Shown here: one piece after another, positions 25,066-32,921 of the stretch
Layout: every line of letters begins with the position of its first letter
Position numbering within the stretch: the stretch's first letter is position 1
Assembly (NCBI GenBank): GCA_016210245.1
Contig: JACQUR010000063.1
Coordinates: forward strand, 1-47,325
Reading direction: 5' to 3'
From: Chloroflexota bacterium
Lineage (GTDB): Bacteria > Chloroflexota > UBA6077 > JACQUR01
Length of the DNA stretch: 47,325 nt
The notes under the pieces: model-generated
The model's database searches: none
Told to the model about the DNA's origin: nothing
Seen by the model: only the letters and a program-made list of their open reading frames with translations
Translations under genes and position numbers: made by a program

Positions 25066-25575
25066 ATGGAGCTGATCTGGGGCCTGCGCGGCCAGCTCCT
25101 GGCCGCGCACTGGCTGCCGCTGGCGAACCTCGCCATGGCGCTCACCCTGGCCGGGGCCGTGGCCGCGCCCGCCCTGCGCGCGGTCGAGCTCGATGTCGCG
25201 GCCGAGGCGATCTACACGCTGTACCTGTTGCTCTGTCCCCAGCGCCCGAGCCACTCGTACTTCCTCTTTGGGTACCAGCTCGCGCTGGAACAGCGGCCGG
25301 TCGCCATGGTTGCCGTGCAGCTCGCCGCAGGGCTCGCCTACATCCTGGTCCGCGGCCGGCTCCGCCCCCTCGATTGGCGCTGGCTGGCACTGTTCAGCCT
25401 GCCGCTCGCCTGGGACGGCTTCAGCCAGATGTTCGACCTGCGCGACTCGGACTGGCTCACCCGAAGCTGGACCGGCGGACTGTTCAACCTGGCCCTCGTC
25501 TGGTGGGCCTACCCGCGCCTGGACCGGGCACTCCTGCCCGCGCCGACGCTGAGGAGGGATAAGGCTGAGTCCTGA
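25066..25575 (+). CDS. DUF2085-family membrane protein
   Basis: ...LLLCPQRPSHSYF... resembles the DUF2085 CHQRPERSF signature. 4-5 TMs. Confidence 0.6.
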   Translation: MELIWGLRGQLLAAHWLPLANLAMALTLAGAVAAPALRAVELDVAAEAIYTLYLLLCPQRPSHSYFLFGYQLALEQRPVAMVAVQLAAGLAYILVRGRLRPLDWRWLALFSLPLAWDGFSQMFDLRDSDWLTRSWTGGLFNLALVWWAYPRLDRALLPAPTLRRDKAES

Positions 25576-25647
25576 GTGCTGAGTGCTGAGTCCTGAGTGA
25601 AGCCGCGGGACCTCTACTCAGCACTCAGCACTCAGCACTCAGCACTG
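25564..25647. repeat. heptamer-repeat hairpin: (CTGAGTS)x5 - loop - (CACTCAG)x4
   Basis: The left arm 25564-25599 starts in the last codons of the DUF2085 gene. The right arm 25614-25647 ends 5 nt before the ccmE RBS. About 31 bp stem with two C:C mismatches. Confidence 0.9.
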
Positions 25648-25661
25648 AAGGAGAGAGGAGG

Positions 25662-26117
25662 ATGGAGATGGCGACCCTGGAGGTAACCTGCGCGCCGAGC
25701 GAGGTCGCGCGCGCAGGACGGCGGTTCCCGCTCAAGATCGCGAGCGCTGGCGGGGTCCTGCTCCTGGCCATGGCGTACCTCGTGCTGACCGCGACCAGCT
25801 CCTCCACCGTCTACTACCTGACCGTGCCGGAGCTGCGCGCGCAGGGGATGGCTCCTGGGAAGCTCGTCCGGGTGAGCGGGGACGTGGCGGAGGGCAGCAT
25901 CGTCCGCGATGGGACGCGGGTCCGCTTCGCCATCGCCGACTCGTCCGGTGACCTGCCGGTGGCCTACGCGGGCGTCGTGCCTGACATCTTCGGCGAGAAC
26001 GTCCAGGTGGTGGTCGAGGGCCGCCCGGACGCCGAGGGCACCTTCCAGGCCACGACCCTGCTGGCCAAGTGCCCGTCGCGGTTCGACTCGGCGCCGGATG
26101 CAGGGCCACAGGCATGA
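25662..26117 (+). CDS. ccmE: cytochrome c maturation haem chaperone CcmE, Cys-variant (LAKC instead of LAKH)
   Basis: TM anchor, ...VYYLTVPEL..., OB-fold pattern ...VRVSGDVAEGSI...VRFAIAD.... The haem-binding position reads TTLLAKCPSRF (Cys codon 26070-26072). Confidence 0.8.
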   Translation: MEMATLEVTCAPSEVARAGRRFPLKIASAGGVLLLAMAYLVLTATSSSTVYYLTVPELRAQGMAPGKLVRVSGDVAEGSIVRDGTRVRFAIADSSGDLPVAYAGVVPDIFGENVQVVVEGRPDAEGTFQATTLLAKCPSRFDSAPDAGPQA

Positions 26118-26755
26118 CGGTCGGTAGCCTCGGCCCGCTGCTGCTCGTCCTGCTGGTGGTGCTGGGGGTCGGTCCCCTGCTGGCCTGGCGGCGGACCTCG
26201 GCGCCGAGCCTGTGGCGCAACTTCCGCTGGCCGCTGCTGGTGGCCGGCCTGGTCGGCCTGGCGCTCCTGGCGCTGGGCCTGGGCCAGGTGCTGGCCGTCC
26301 TCGCCTTCGCGAGCACAGCCTTCGCCCTGGCCACCATCGGCCTCGAATACTGGCGGGGGGTGCGCGCGCGCCACCAGGCCGCCGGCGAGCCATACCCGCT
26401 TGCGCTGGTGCGTCTCGTCCGCCGGGCACCTCGCCGCTACGGTGGCTACCTGGTACACCTGGGCGTGGTCTTCATCGCCCTGGGTGTCATCGGCTGGTCC
26501 TTCTACCAGCGCCAGGTCGCCGACACGCTGGCCATTGGCGAGAGCCTGACCGTCGGACGCTACGCCTTCACCTACCAGGGTCTGTTCGAGCAGCCGGAGC
26601 CGGGCGTCCAGGTGACCCGGGCGCGGCTGACGGTGCGCGCGGACGGTGCCAACCTGGGCGAGCTGGAGCCCGAGCGGCGGGTCCACCGCAACTGGGAGCA
26701 GCAGCCGGTGACCGGGGTGGCCTACCGCAGGGAGGTGGTCGCCAGTGAGGTCTAA
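26114..26755 (+). pseudogene. ccmF: ccmF, only the C-terminal ~210 codons (in-frame internal deletion, or an unusual split gene)
   Basis: ATGA overlap with ccmE. ...GPLLAWRR..., ...RRYGGYLVHLGVVFIALGV..., ...ERRVH... match the last third of CcmF. The WWD/haem-handling N-terminal ~430 residues are absent. Confidence 0.6.
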
Positions 26756-27362
26756 GATGCTGGCTCTGGCCCTCGCCCGGGCGCTCCTGGCCGCTGCCGG
26801 ACGGGGACTGTGGGGGCAGCCACAGGGGGCGGCCCCTGGGCAGCCACAGGGGGCGGCCCCTGGGCAGCCACAGGGGGCGGCCCCTACGCTCGCCCTCGCC
26901 CTGGCGCTCCTGGCCGCGAGCGGACCAGGGGTGGCGCTGGCGGACAGCCACCTGGAGCGCGAGGCGTGGGAGATCGCCAGGCTGCTCCGTTGTCCTATCT
27001 GCCAGAACCTGTCGGTCGCCGACTCCCCCTCGCAGCTTGCCCAGCAGATGCGCGACCTGATCCGCAAGCAGCTCGAGGCCGGCCAGACGCGGGAGGCGAT
27101 CCTGACCTACTTCGTGGAGCGCTCCGGCGAGGAGGTGCTGCTCGACCCGCCCAGGACCGGCTTCAGCCAGGTGATCTGGTGGGGGGCGGCGGCAATCCCG
27201 CTCGGCGGGGCAGCGCTGGTGGCGCTCCTCCTGCGCCGGTGGTTGCGGCGCCGGGCCCCGGACCCCGGCCCGGAGCTTGGCCTCTCCCAGGAGGAGCTCC
27301 AGGAGTACGAGGCGGTGCTCGAGCGTGAGCTGGAGCGTTCGGAGGAGAGGAGCGTGTGGTAG
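26745..27362 (+). CDS. ccmH: cytochrome c maturation thiol-oxidoreductase CcmH (LRCPICQ) with a repeat-expanded signal region
   Basis: ...EIARLLRCPICQNLSVADSPSQLAQQMRDLI...ILTYFVERSGEEVLLDPP... plus a C-terminal TM. GTG 26745 lies 9 nt after GGAGG; an alternative ATG is at 26757. Confidence 0.8.
   Translation: MRSKMLALALARALLAAAGRGLWGQPQGAAPGQPQGAAPGQPQGAAPTLALALALLAASGPGVALADSHLEREAWEIARLLRCPICQNLSVADSPSQLAQQMRDLIRKQLEAGQTREAILTYFVERSGEEVLLDPPRTGFSQVIWWGAAAIPLGGAALVALLLRRWLRRRAPDPGPELGLSQEELQEYEAVLERELERSEERSVW
26814..26885. repeat. 3 perfect tandem copies of a 24-bp unit GGGCAGCCACAGGGGGCGGCCCCT inside ccmH
   Basis: Units at 26814-26837, 26838-26861 and 26862-26885. They are in frame and encode (GQPQGAAP)x3. 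Each unit contains the hairpin CAGGGG-GCGG-CCCCTG. Confidence 0.95.
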
Positions 27363-27898
27363 AGCTCTTCGCCGTCCTGCTCGCGGCCGTGGCGCTGGGC
27401 ATGGTGGCGCTGGTCCTGGCCCCGTTGCGCCGCCCGCCCACCCCGGGCCTGGAAGCCGCCGACCCGGCCGCGGACCTGCTGGCCGCGCGCGAGGCCGCGC
27501 TCCAGGCCCTCCGCGAGTTGGACTTCGACTACCGGCTCGGCAACCTGGCCGAGACCGACTACCGCGCGCTGCGCGAGCGCCACAAGCTCCAGGCGATCGC
27601 GCTGCTGAAGGCGACGAACGGTCGCTCGGAGGGAGAAGCAGACGCGCTGGATGCGGAGATCGAGCGGGCGGTGCGCGCGCCTCACCCTGGAATTGCGGGG
27701 CCTGCCTACCCGCCCTCCCTGGGGAGCGGCCCTCGACCTGGTATCCGTGCCGCTGTTCGCCCCCGCGGCGCTCGCTCTGGCCCTGGCGGTCGGCGTCGCC
27801 TGGACGCTGCACGCCCGGCGGGCAACCACTCCCGTGGCTGGCGGACCCACGGCCGAGCTGGAGCGCGAGACGTTGCTGGCCGCCCTGGTCGACCTTGA
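27356..27898 (+). CDS. CcmI-like N-terminal module (TM + helical region); 3' boundary uncertain
   Basis: MVELFAVLLAAVALGMVALVLAPLRR...REAALQALRELDFDYRLGNLAETDYRALRERHKLQAIALL. Sense is lost after ~27690. The start overlaps the ccmH stop. Confidence 0.4.
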   Translation: MVELFAVLLAAVALGMVALVLAPLRRPPTPGLEAADPAADLLAAREAALQALRELDFDYRLGNLAETDYRALRERHKLQAIALLKATNGRSEGEADALDAEIERAVRAPHPGIAGPAYPPSLGSGPRPGIRAAVRPRGARSGPGGRRRLDAARPAGNHSRGWRTHGRAGARDVAGRPGRP

Positions 27899-28046
27899 TG
27901 ATGTCTTCGCGGCCGGCCAGGTCACAGAGCCGGAGTACCGCGAGCAGCGAGCGATGCTCCAGACCAAGCTGCGGGCGCTGCTCGCGGCCGACGCCGAGGC
28001 GCGTAGCTCCTTGCCTTCGGGAACCCGATCACGCCGGGGATTCTGA
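27651..28046 (+). CDS. second CcmI-like module (TM + helical region) in another frame; 5' boundary uncertain
   Basis: ...LVSVPLFAPAALALALAVGVAWTLHARR...RETLLAALVDLDDVFAAGQVTEPEYREQRAMLQTKLRALL parallels the first module. Confidence 0.35.
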   Translation: MRRSSGRCARLTLELRGLPTRPPWGAALDLVSVPLFAPAALALALAVGVAWTLHARRATTPVAGGPTAELERETLLAALVDLDDVFAAGQVTEPEYREQRAMLQTKLRALLAADAEARSSLPSGTRSRRGF

Positions 28047-28093
28047 AGGGGACAAGCGGAGAAACCGGGCATGGTCCCCCATCGTGAAGTGGA

Positions 28094-28290
28094 TCAGAAG
28101 TGGATCAAGGGCTTGCGATCGGTCACGTCGCGAGTGACCAGGACGACGGTCTCGACTGTGCCGTCGGGCGCGGTCTCCGGTGCGAGGCGGGACTGAAACC
28201 ACCTGGTGCCCGCCGGGGCCACGTCTTTCCACTTGCGTTTGACGCTGCCTCCGAGTGCCGTTACTATGGTGTGGGCGCCAGGCAGAGCTC
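28094..28290 (-). pseudogene. PAS-domain remnant
   Basis: Minus-strand frame reads ...GSVKRKWKDVAPAGTRWFQSRLAPETAPDGTVETVVLVTRDVTDRKPLIHF*. This matches the C-terminal PAS pattern (kDG..w......p..dG.v.g.v.v.rDiTerK). No start codon and no kinase part. Confidence 0.45.
28239..28267 (+). promoter_or_regulatory. sigma70-like promoter TTGACG-N17-TACTAT
   Basis: TTGACG at 28239-28244 and TACTAT at 28262-28267, about 115 nt upstream of the 28382 ATG. Confidence 0.45.
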
Positions 28291-28381
28291 TCGAGTTGTC
28301 GAGTCATCCCCCCTCCACTCCAGTCTCCGGGAGAGGCACGGCGTGCCGTGCCCGCACTCCAGGCACGAGTTGGTTACCCGC

Positions 28382-30256
28382 ATGAGCAGCTTGCAAGGTC
28401 TGACCGCTCTCGTCTACGGTGCCGTGTTCGCTCTGGCGCTCCTCGGCTCCGCTGCGCTCACGCCGCTGGTCGGGCGCCTGGCCACCGCGCTCGGGGTGGT
28501 CGCCCTGCCCCGCCGCGATCGCTGGCACAAGGCGCCCACGCCGCTGCTGGGCGGAGCGGCGATCTACGCCGCCTCGGTCACCGCGATCCTGACCTTCGCG
28601 GTCGTCGACGTGCGCATGGCGGCCGTGCTGGCGGGCGCCTCGCTCCTGTTCGCCACTGGCCTGCTGGACGACATGTACCGCCTGCGTCCCCACACCAAGC
28701 TGCTCGTCCAGATCGGCGCGGCGTGCGTGCTGATCATCGGCGGGGTCAAGGTGGAGAGCGTCACCCTGGCGGCAGTCGCGGTCCCGCTCACGATCTTCTG
28801 GGTAGTCGGGCTGACCAACGCCTTCAACCTGCTGGACAACATGGACGGCCTGGCCGCGGGCATCGCCTCGATCACGGCGCTGGTGTTGTTCGTGTTCAGC
28901 GCCGGCCTGGGCAACGGCGCCACCGCCATCCTGTCGCTGGCCGTCATGGGCGGCGCCCTGGGGTTCCTGGTCCACAACTTCCACCCGGCCCACATCTTCA
29001 TGGGCGACTCCGGCAGCATGTTCATCGGCTTCGTGCTGAGCGCCATCACCTTGCTGGGCACTCGGGAGATGGCCTCGGACGTGATCCTCACCCTGCTCGT
29101 GCCGGTGGCCATCATGGGCCTGCCGATCTTCGATACCACCCTGGTCACGGTCGCCCGCAGCCTGAGCGGGCGGTCGATCGCCCAGGGAGGGCGCGACCAC
29201 ATCTCCCACCGCCTGGTCGCCCTGGGGCTGAGCGAGCGCCAGACGGCGCTGGTCCTCTACCTGATCGCCGCCGCCTTCGGCACCCTGGCGCTCCTCTCCC
29301 GCTCGCTCGGTCTGTGGCCGACGGTTGGCCTGGCCACCGTGATGCTGGCCGCGACCGCGGTGTTCGGCGCCTTCCTCGGCCAGGTGCGCATGTACTCGGA
29401 GGACCGGCTCTTGCGGCAGGTCGACCGCGATCCCGGGTCGATCCAGACCACCATCGGCGGCGCGCGGTTCTACAAGCGCGAGGTCGCCCAGGTGCTGCTC
29501 GATGCGCTGCTCGTGGGCGCGGCCTACCTGGGCGCCTTCCTGCTCAAGTACGGCCTCGCGTTCACCAGCCAGGACGTTGCCGCGCCCGGCCTGCCTATCC
29601 CCTGGCCGCGTCTCTTCGCCGAGTCGCTGCCCCACGTCCTCCTGCTCCAGGTGGTGGCGCTGCTGGTCTGCCAGGCCTATCGCGGCATGTGGCGCTACGT
29701 GGGAGTGCGCGACCTGCTGGTGGTCCTGCAGGCCACCACCCTTGGCGCGCTCGTCTCCGTGGTGCTGGTGCCACTGCTCCTGCGACACGAGGTCTTCCCC
29801 CGCTCGCTGTTCGTCATCGACTGGCTGCTCCTCTCGGTGCTCCTGGTCGGCTCTCGCGCTTCCTTCATCATCCTGGCGGACCTGTTCCGCCGAGTGCGGC
29901 GCTCCCTGGCGCCGCGGGTGCTCATCGTCGGCGCCGGCGACGCTGGCGAGATGGTGCTGCGCTTCATGCTCCGCACAGGGCGCCAGACCTATTACGCGGT
30001 GGGGTTCCTGGACGACGACCCCGCCAAGGGACGCCGCGCCATCCACGGCGTCGAGGTGCTGGGTCCGGTCGAGCAGTTGCCCGCCATCATCGCCCAGGAG
30101 CAACCCGGCCTGGTCATCGTGGCCCTGCCCCCCCACTCCGCGGCCAGCGAGCGGGTGCTCAGCTACTGCGCCGCCCAGGGCATCCCTTCGTACGACGCCG
30201 CCGCCTTCGTGCAGCGCGAGCTGAGCCTTGTACCAGCGCCTCCGCATCGGAATTAG
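28382..30256 (+). CDS. WecA/MraY-family (GT4) polyprenyl-phosphate sugar-1-phosphate transferase fused to extra TMs and a CoA-binding/Rossmann-like C-terminal domain
   Basis: ...GLLDDMYRL..., ...NAFNLLDNMDGLAAG..., ...FMGDSGSMFIGF.... The C-terminal part ...VLIVGAGDAGEMVLRFM...YYAVGFLDDDPAKGRRAIHGVEVLG... resembles the N-terminal domain of CapD/WcaJ-type enzymes. Confidence 0.8.
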   Translation: MSSLQGLTALVYGAVFALALLGSAALTPLVGRLATALGVVALPRRDRWHKAPTPLLGGAAIYAASVTAILTFAVVDVRMAAVLAGASLLFATGLLDDMYRLRPHTKLLVQIGAACVLIIGGVKVESVTLAAVAVPLTIFWVVGLTNAFNLLDNMDGLAAGIASITALVLFVFSAGLGNGATAILSLAVMGGALGFLVHNFHPAHIFMGDSGSMFIGFVLSAITLLGTREMASDVILTLLVPVAIMGLPIFDTTLVTVARSLSGRSIAQGGRDHISHRLVALGLSERQTALVLYLIAAAFGTLALLSRSLGLWPTVGLATVMLAATAVFGAFLGQVRMYSEDRLLRQVDRDPGSIQTTIGGARFYKREVAQVLLDALLVGAAYLGAFLLKYGLAFTSQDVAAPGLPIPWPRLFAESLPHVLLLQVVALLVCQAYRGMWRYVGVRDLLVVLQATTLGALVSVVLVPLLLRHEVFPRSLFVIDWLLLSVLLVGSRASFIILADLFRRVRRSLAPRVLIVGAGDAGEMVLRFMLRTGRQTYYAVGFLDDDPAKGRRAIHGVEVLGPVEQLPAIIAQEQPGLVIVALPPHSAASERVLSYCAAQGIPSYDAAAFVQRELSLVPAPPHRN

Positions 30257-30261
30257 ACCGA

Positions 30262-30324
30262 GTCGACAGTCAACAGTCGACAGTCGACAGGTGGACTCTC
30301 GACTGTCGACTGTTAACTGTCGAC
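30262..30324. repeat. heptamer-repeat hairpin: (GTCRACA)x4 - loop - (TGTYRAC)x3+
   Basis: Left arm GTCGACA GTCAACA GTCGACA GTCGACA (30262-30289). Right arm cTCGAC TGTCGAC TGTTAAC TGTCGAC (30298-30324). It starts 6 nt after the upstream stop codon. Confidence 0.9.
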
Positions 30325-32503
30325 TAAGGCACGATCGCTGGCTGGTCGCGCTGCTGGTCGGCGTGGCCATCGCCTCCCGCGTCTTCACCCACCCGCTGTA
30401 CGCCAACGAGCCCAGCTCGGACGAGTACTTCTACGGCTTCTACGCGATCGAGCTGGCGCGAGCGCTGCTCGGCCTGTCCGACCACGGGCTCAACGACCTG
30501 GCCGCCAACAGCCGCTTCATCGGACTCCTGGTCGCCTCGGCGCTGCCCATTGTCCCGCTGGACCCCATCTCCCTGGGGCGCACGCTCCAGGCGCTGTGCA
30601 ACGCGGCCACCGTCCCCCTGGTCTACGCCCTCGGGCGCGCGATCGGCTTGCCACCCCAGCCCAGCTTCGCCGCCGCCGTGCTGCTGCTGGCCATGCCGGA
30701 GACGTGGGAGACGGCCTGGCGGTTCTGGCCGGATAGCCAGGCCGCCTTGCTGGCGCTGGCCAGCCTGCTGGCGCTGGTCCGCCTGGTCCAGCGCCCGGGC
30801 CTGGCCCGGGCGCTCGTGGCGCCGCTGCTGCTGGCAGCCACCTTCCTGACCAAGGAGTACGCGGCCGTTGCCACCCTGCCCGCGCTCGTGGGCGGCGGAG
30901 GCCTGGCCGCGGTCTCGTTGCTGCTCGGCGGCCGGCGCAGGAGTGGCCGGCGCGCGCTGCTCGCGCTGGCCCTGGTGGCCCTCCCTGTGGTGCTGGCCGC
31001 CATGGCGCTGCTGGGCGCGCCTCGGCTGCTGGATCTGCTCAAGCCAACCCCGCTCTACGGTCCGGCTGCGCGCACCCTGCTGCCCGCCAACCGCCTGCTG
31101 GCTCAGCTCGCCTCGCTCGACGAGCGCCTGCCCGACTACCTCGCCGCCCTGAGCCGCCAGTTCGGGCCGAGCGCCTTCGGCGCCGGCTTCGTCCTGTTCT
31201 GGGCGATCGGCACGGTCGTCCTTGTTGCGACGGCCGCGCGCGCCCTCCTGGCCGGGCGGACTCGCCCCTGGCGCGCCGCGCTCTGGGCGCTGGTGCTGGT
31301 GCTCTGGGCGCCCGGGCTCTTCTTCGGCTGGGCGCTGGCGTGGGAGCTGGTCCAGGGCTCGGTGGTGGCCCTGGCGATCCTGGTCCTGGGCGCGGCGCTC
31401 GCCAGCGCGAGCGCGTTCCGGTCGGCGCAGCCGGCCTCTTCCCCGGAGGGCTTCAGAGCAAGTTCCGGAGGGGTCGAGCCCGGCCCGGTGGGGCGGGCGT
31501 CTCTGCCCGCCCATCGCGCTCGCACCCGGCACGTGGCCGACCAAGTCGTCGAGCCCGCCCCACCGGGCCGGTGCGTCCGCCCCATGCCGCCGGGCTCGAT
31601 CCATACGAGAGCCGCTCCGGCGGCAACGTCGGGGATGGAGTGCAGCTCCCTTTCGGGCTGGCGGTGCTGGGGGCCTTCGTCTCCACCTTCGTCCTGCTGC
31701 GCTTCATCGTGTGGGCCGCCCCCAACCTGTTCGCGGCCTTCACGCCGCGCCCATTCCAGCCCACCTTCCCCGCGCTGGCCCTCCTGGCCGGCTGGGGGCT
31801 GGCCGCCACCGCCGGGGCCCTGGCCTGGCCCCTGCAGCGGCTTGCACACACGGGCTCACCCTCTCGACCGACTGCTGGGGCGCGCTGGCTGCCCGGCCTG
31901 GACGCGCTGGCGCAGTCGGTGATCTTCGCTGCCTTGATCGTGGGCACGCTGGTCGTCCTGATGCCAGCCCGCGACCACCTGGGCACCGCCTCCCTGCTCG
32001 GGCGGCGCGCCGACCGCGTGGGTGACCTGCAGACGGCGGAGGGACTGCGGATTACTGCGCTGGTCGAGGCGGAGCGCTGGCTGCAGGCCAACCTCCAGCC
32101 CAGCGACAGCGTGCTCACCAGCATGCCCCGCCACCTGGCCTGGTACGCCCGCACCGGCGTGGACGGCTACCTCAACACGGTCACCACCGGTGAGTTGGCC
32201 CGCGAGTGGCCGGAACGGTGGGGCAAGATCCTCCAGTTGCTCGCCCAGCCCTCGGCCATCGATTACGTGATCGACTTCAACCTCGACTGGACGCGCCCCC
32301 AATCGAGCGAGGCGCGCGCCTGGTACGCCCTCTACCGCTGGCTGCGCACCCGCCCCTACCTGGAAGAGGTCTACAACCGCCCCGACCCCAACGGGCGCGT
32401 CGTCTTGTACGCCTTCCGCAACCACCGCTGGGCGCTGTCCCCCAGCTATGAGGACCGGGAGGAGGCGAGGGCAGCGCAGTTGGCGGCGGGTCGGGAATCG
32501 TAG
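30291..32503 (+). pseudogene. GT-C (ArnT/PMT_2-like) membrane glycosyltransferase whose frame changes across an internal palindromic insert
   Basis: N-part (frame of 30228): ...THPLYANEPSSDEYFYGFYAIELAR... plus many TMs, up to ~31420. C-part (frame of 31340): ...LPFGLAVLGAFVSTF... TMs plus a soluble tail to 32503. The two are separated by a repeat-rich ~200 nt. The start codon is uncertain (GTG 30291). Confidence 0.55.
31480..31571. repeat. nested palindromes inside the GT-C gene
   Basis: CCGGCCCGGTGGGGCGGG (31480-31497) pairs with CCCGCCCCACCGGGCCGG (31554-31571), 18 bp perfect. Inner palindrome GGGCGGGC-gtctct-GCCCGCCC at 31491-31512. Confidence 0.85.
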
Positions 32504-32604
32504 AGGGTCCTGGTGCTACGGTCTTCGTGCCCGGGTTGAACCGCACCGCTTCCCCGCTCGGCACTGCTGGGTGCAGACGACGATCTTCATGCCCCTCCAG
32601 CCTC

Positions 32605-32799
32605 GTCCCGGAGTCCTGGGAGGAGACCGCCGAGGAGCTACTGGCCCAGCATGACGACCAGGACTTCAGCTACGTGGACGCGACCTCGTTCGTCGCGATG
32701 CGCCGTCTCGGGCTGCAGGACGCGTTTGCCTTCGACCACCACTTCGCCATCCTCGGCTTTGCCCTCGTCGGCGACCAGGGCCGAGGCCACGGTCTGTGA
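32605..32799 (+). pseudogene. PIN-domain (VapC-like) toxin, C-terminal half only
   Basis: ...SWEETAEELLAQHDDQDFSYVDATSFVAMRRLGLQDAFAFDHHFAILGFALV matches the C-terminal half of PIN toxins. The N-terminal acidic-residue half and an antitoxin gene are missing. Confidence 0.55.
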
Positions 32800-32921
32800 G
32801 GACCGCGGTCATTGGGCGCGCCGCTCGTGCTCCCTGCTCTTGCGCACCAGGTCGGCGGCGGTCAGTGGAGAGCATCGGTGGAGGTCTGGCAGGGCGAGGT
32901 GCAGCCTGGCAAACCGCCGCT

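Noticed and set aside
32519-32593. A 24-codon minus-strand ORF (MKIVVCTQQCRAGKRCGSTRARRP) with a GGAGGGG RBS, opposite the vapC remnant.
   Set aside because: It is too short and lacks family features. It may be a relic of another deleted gene. It is recorded here but not annotated.
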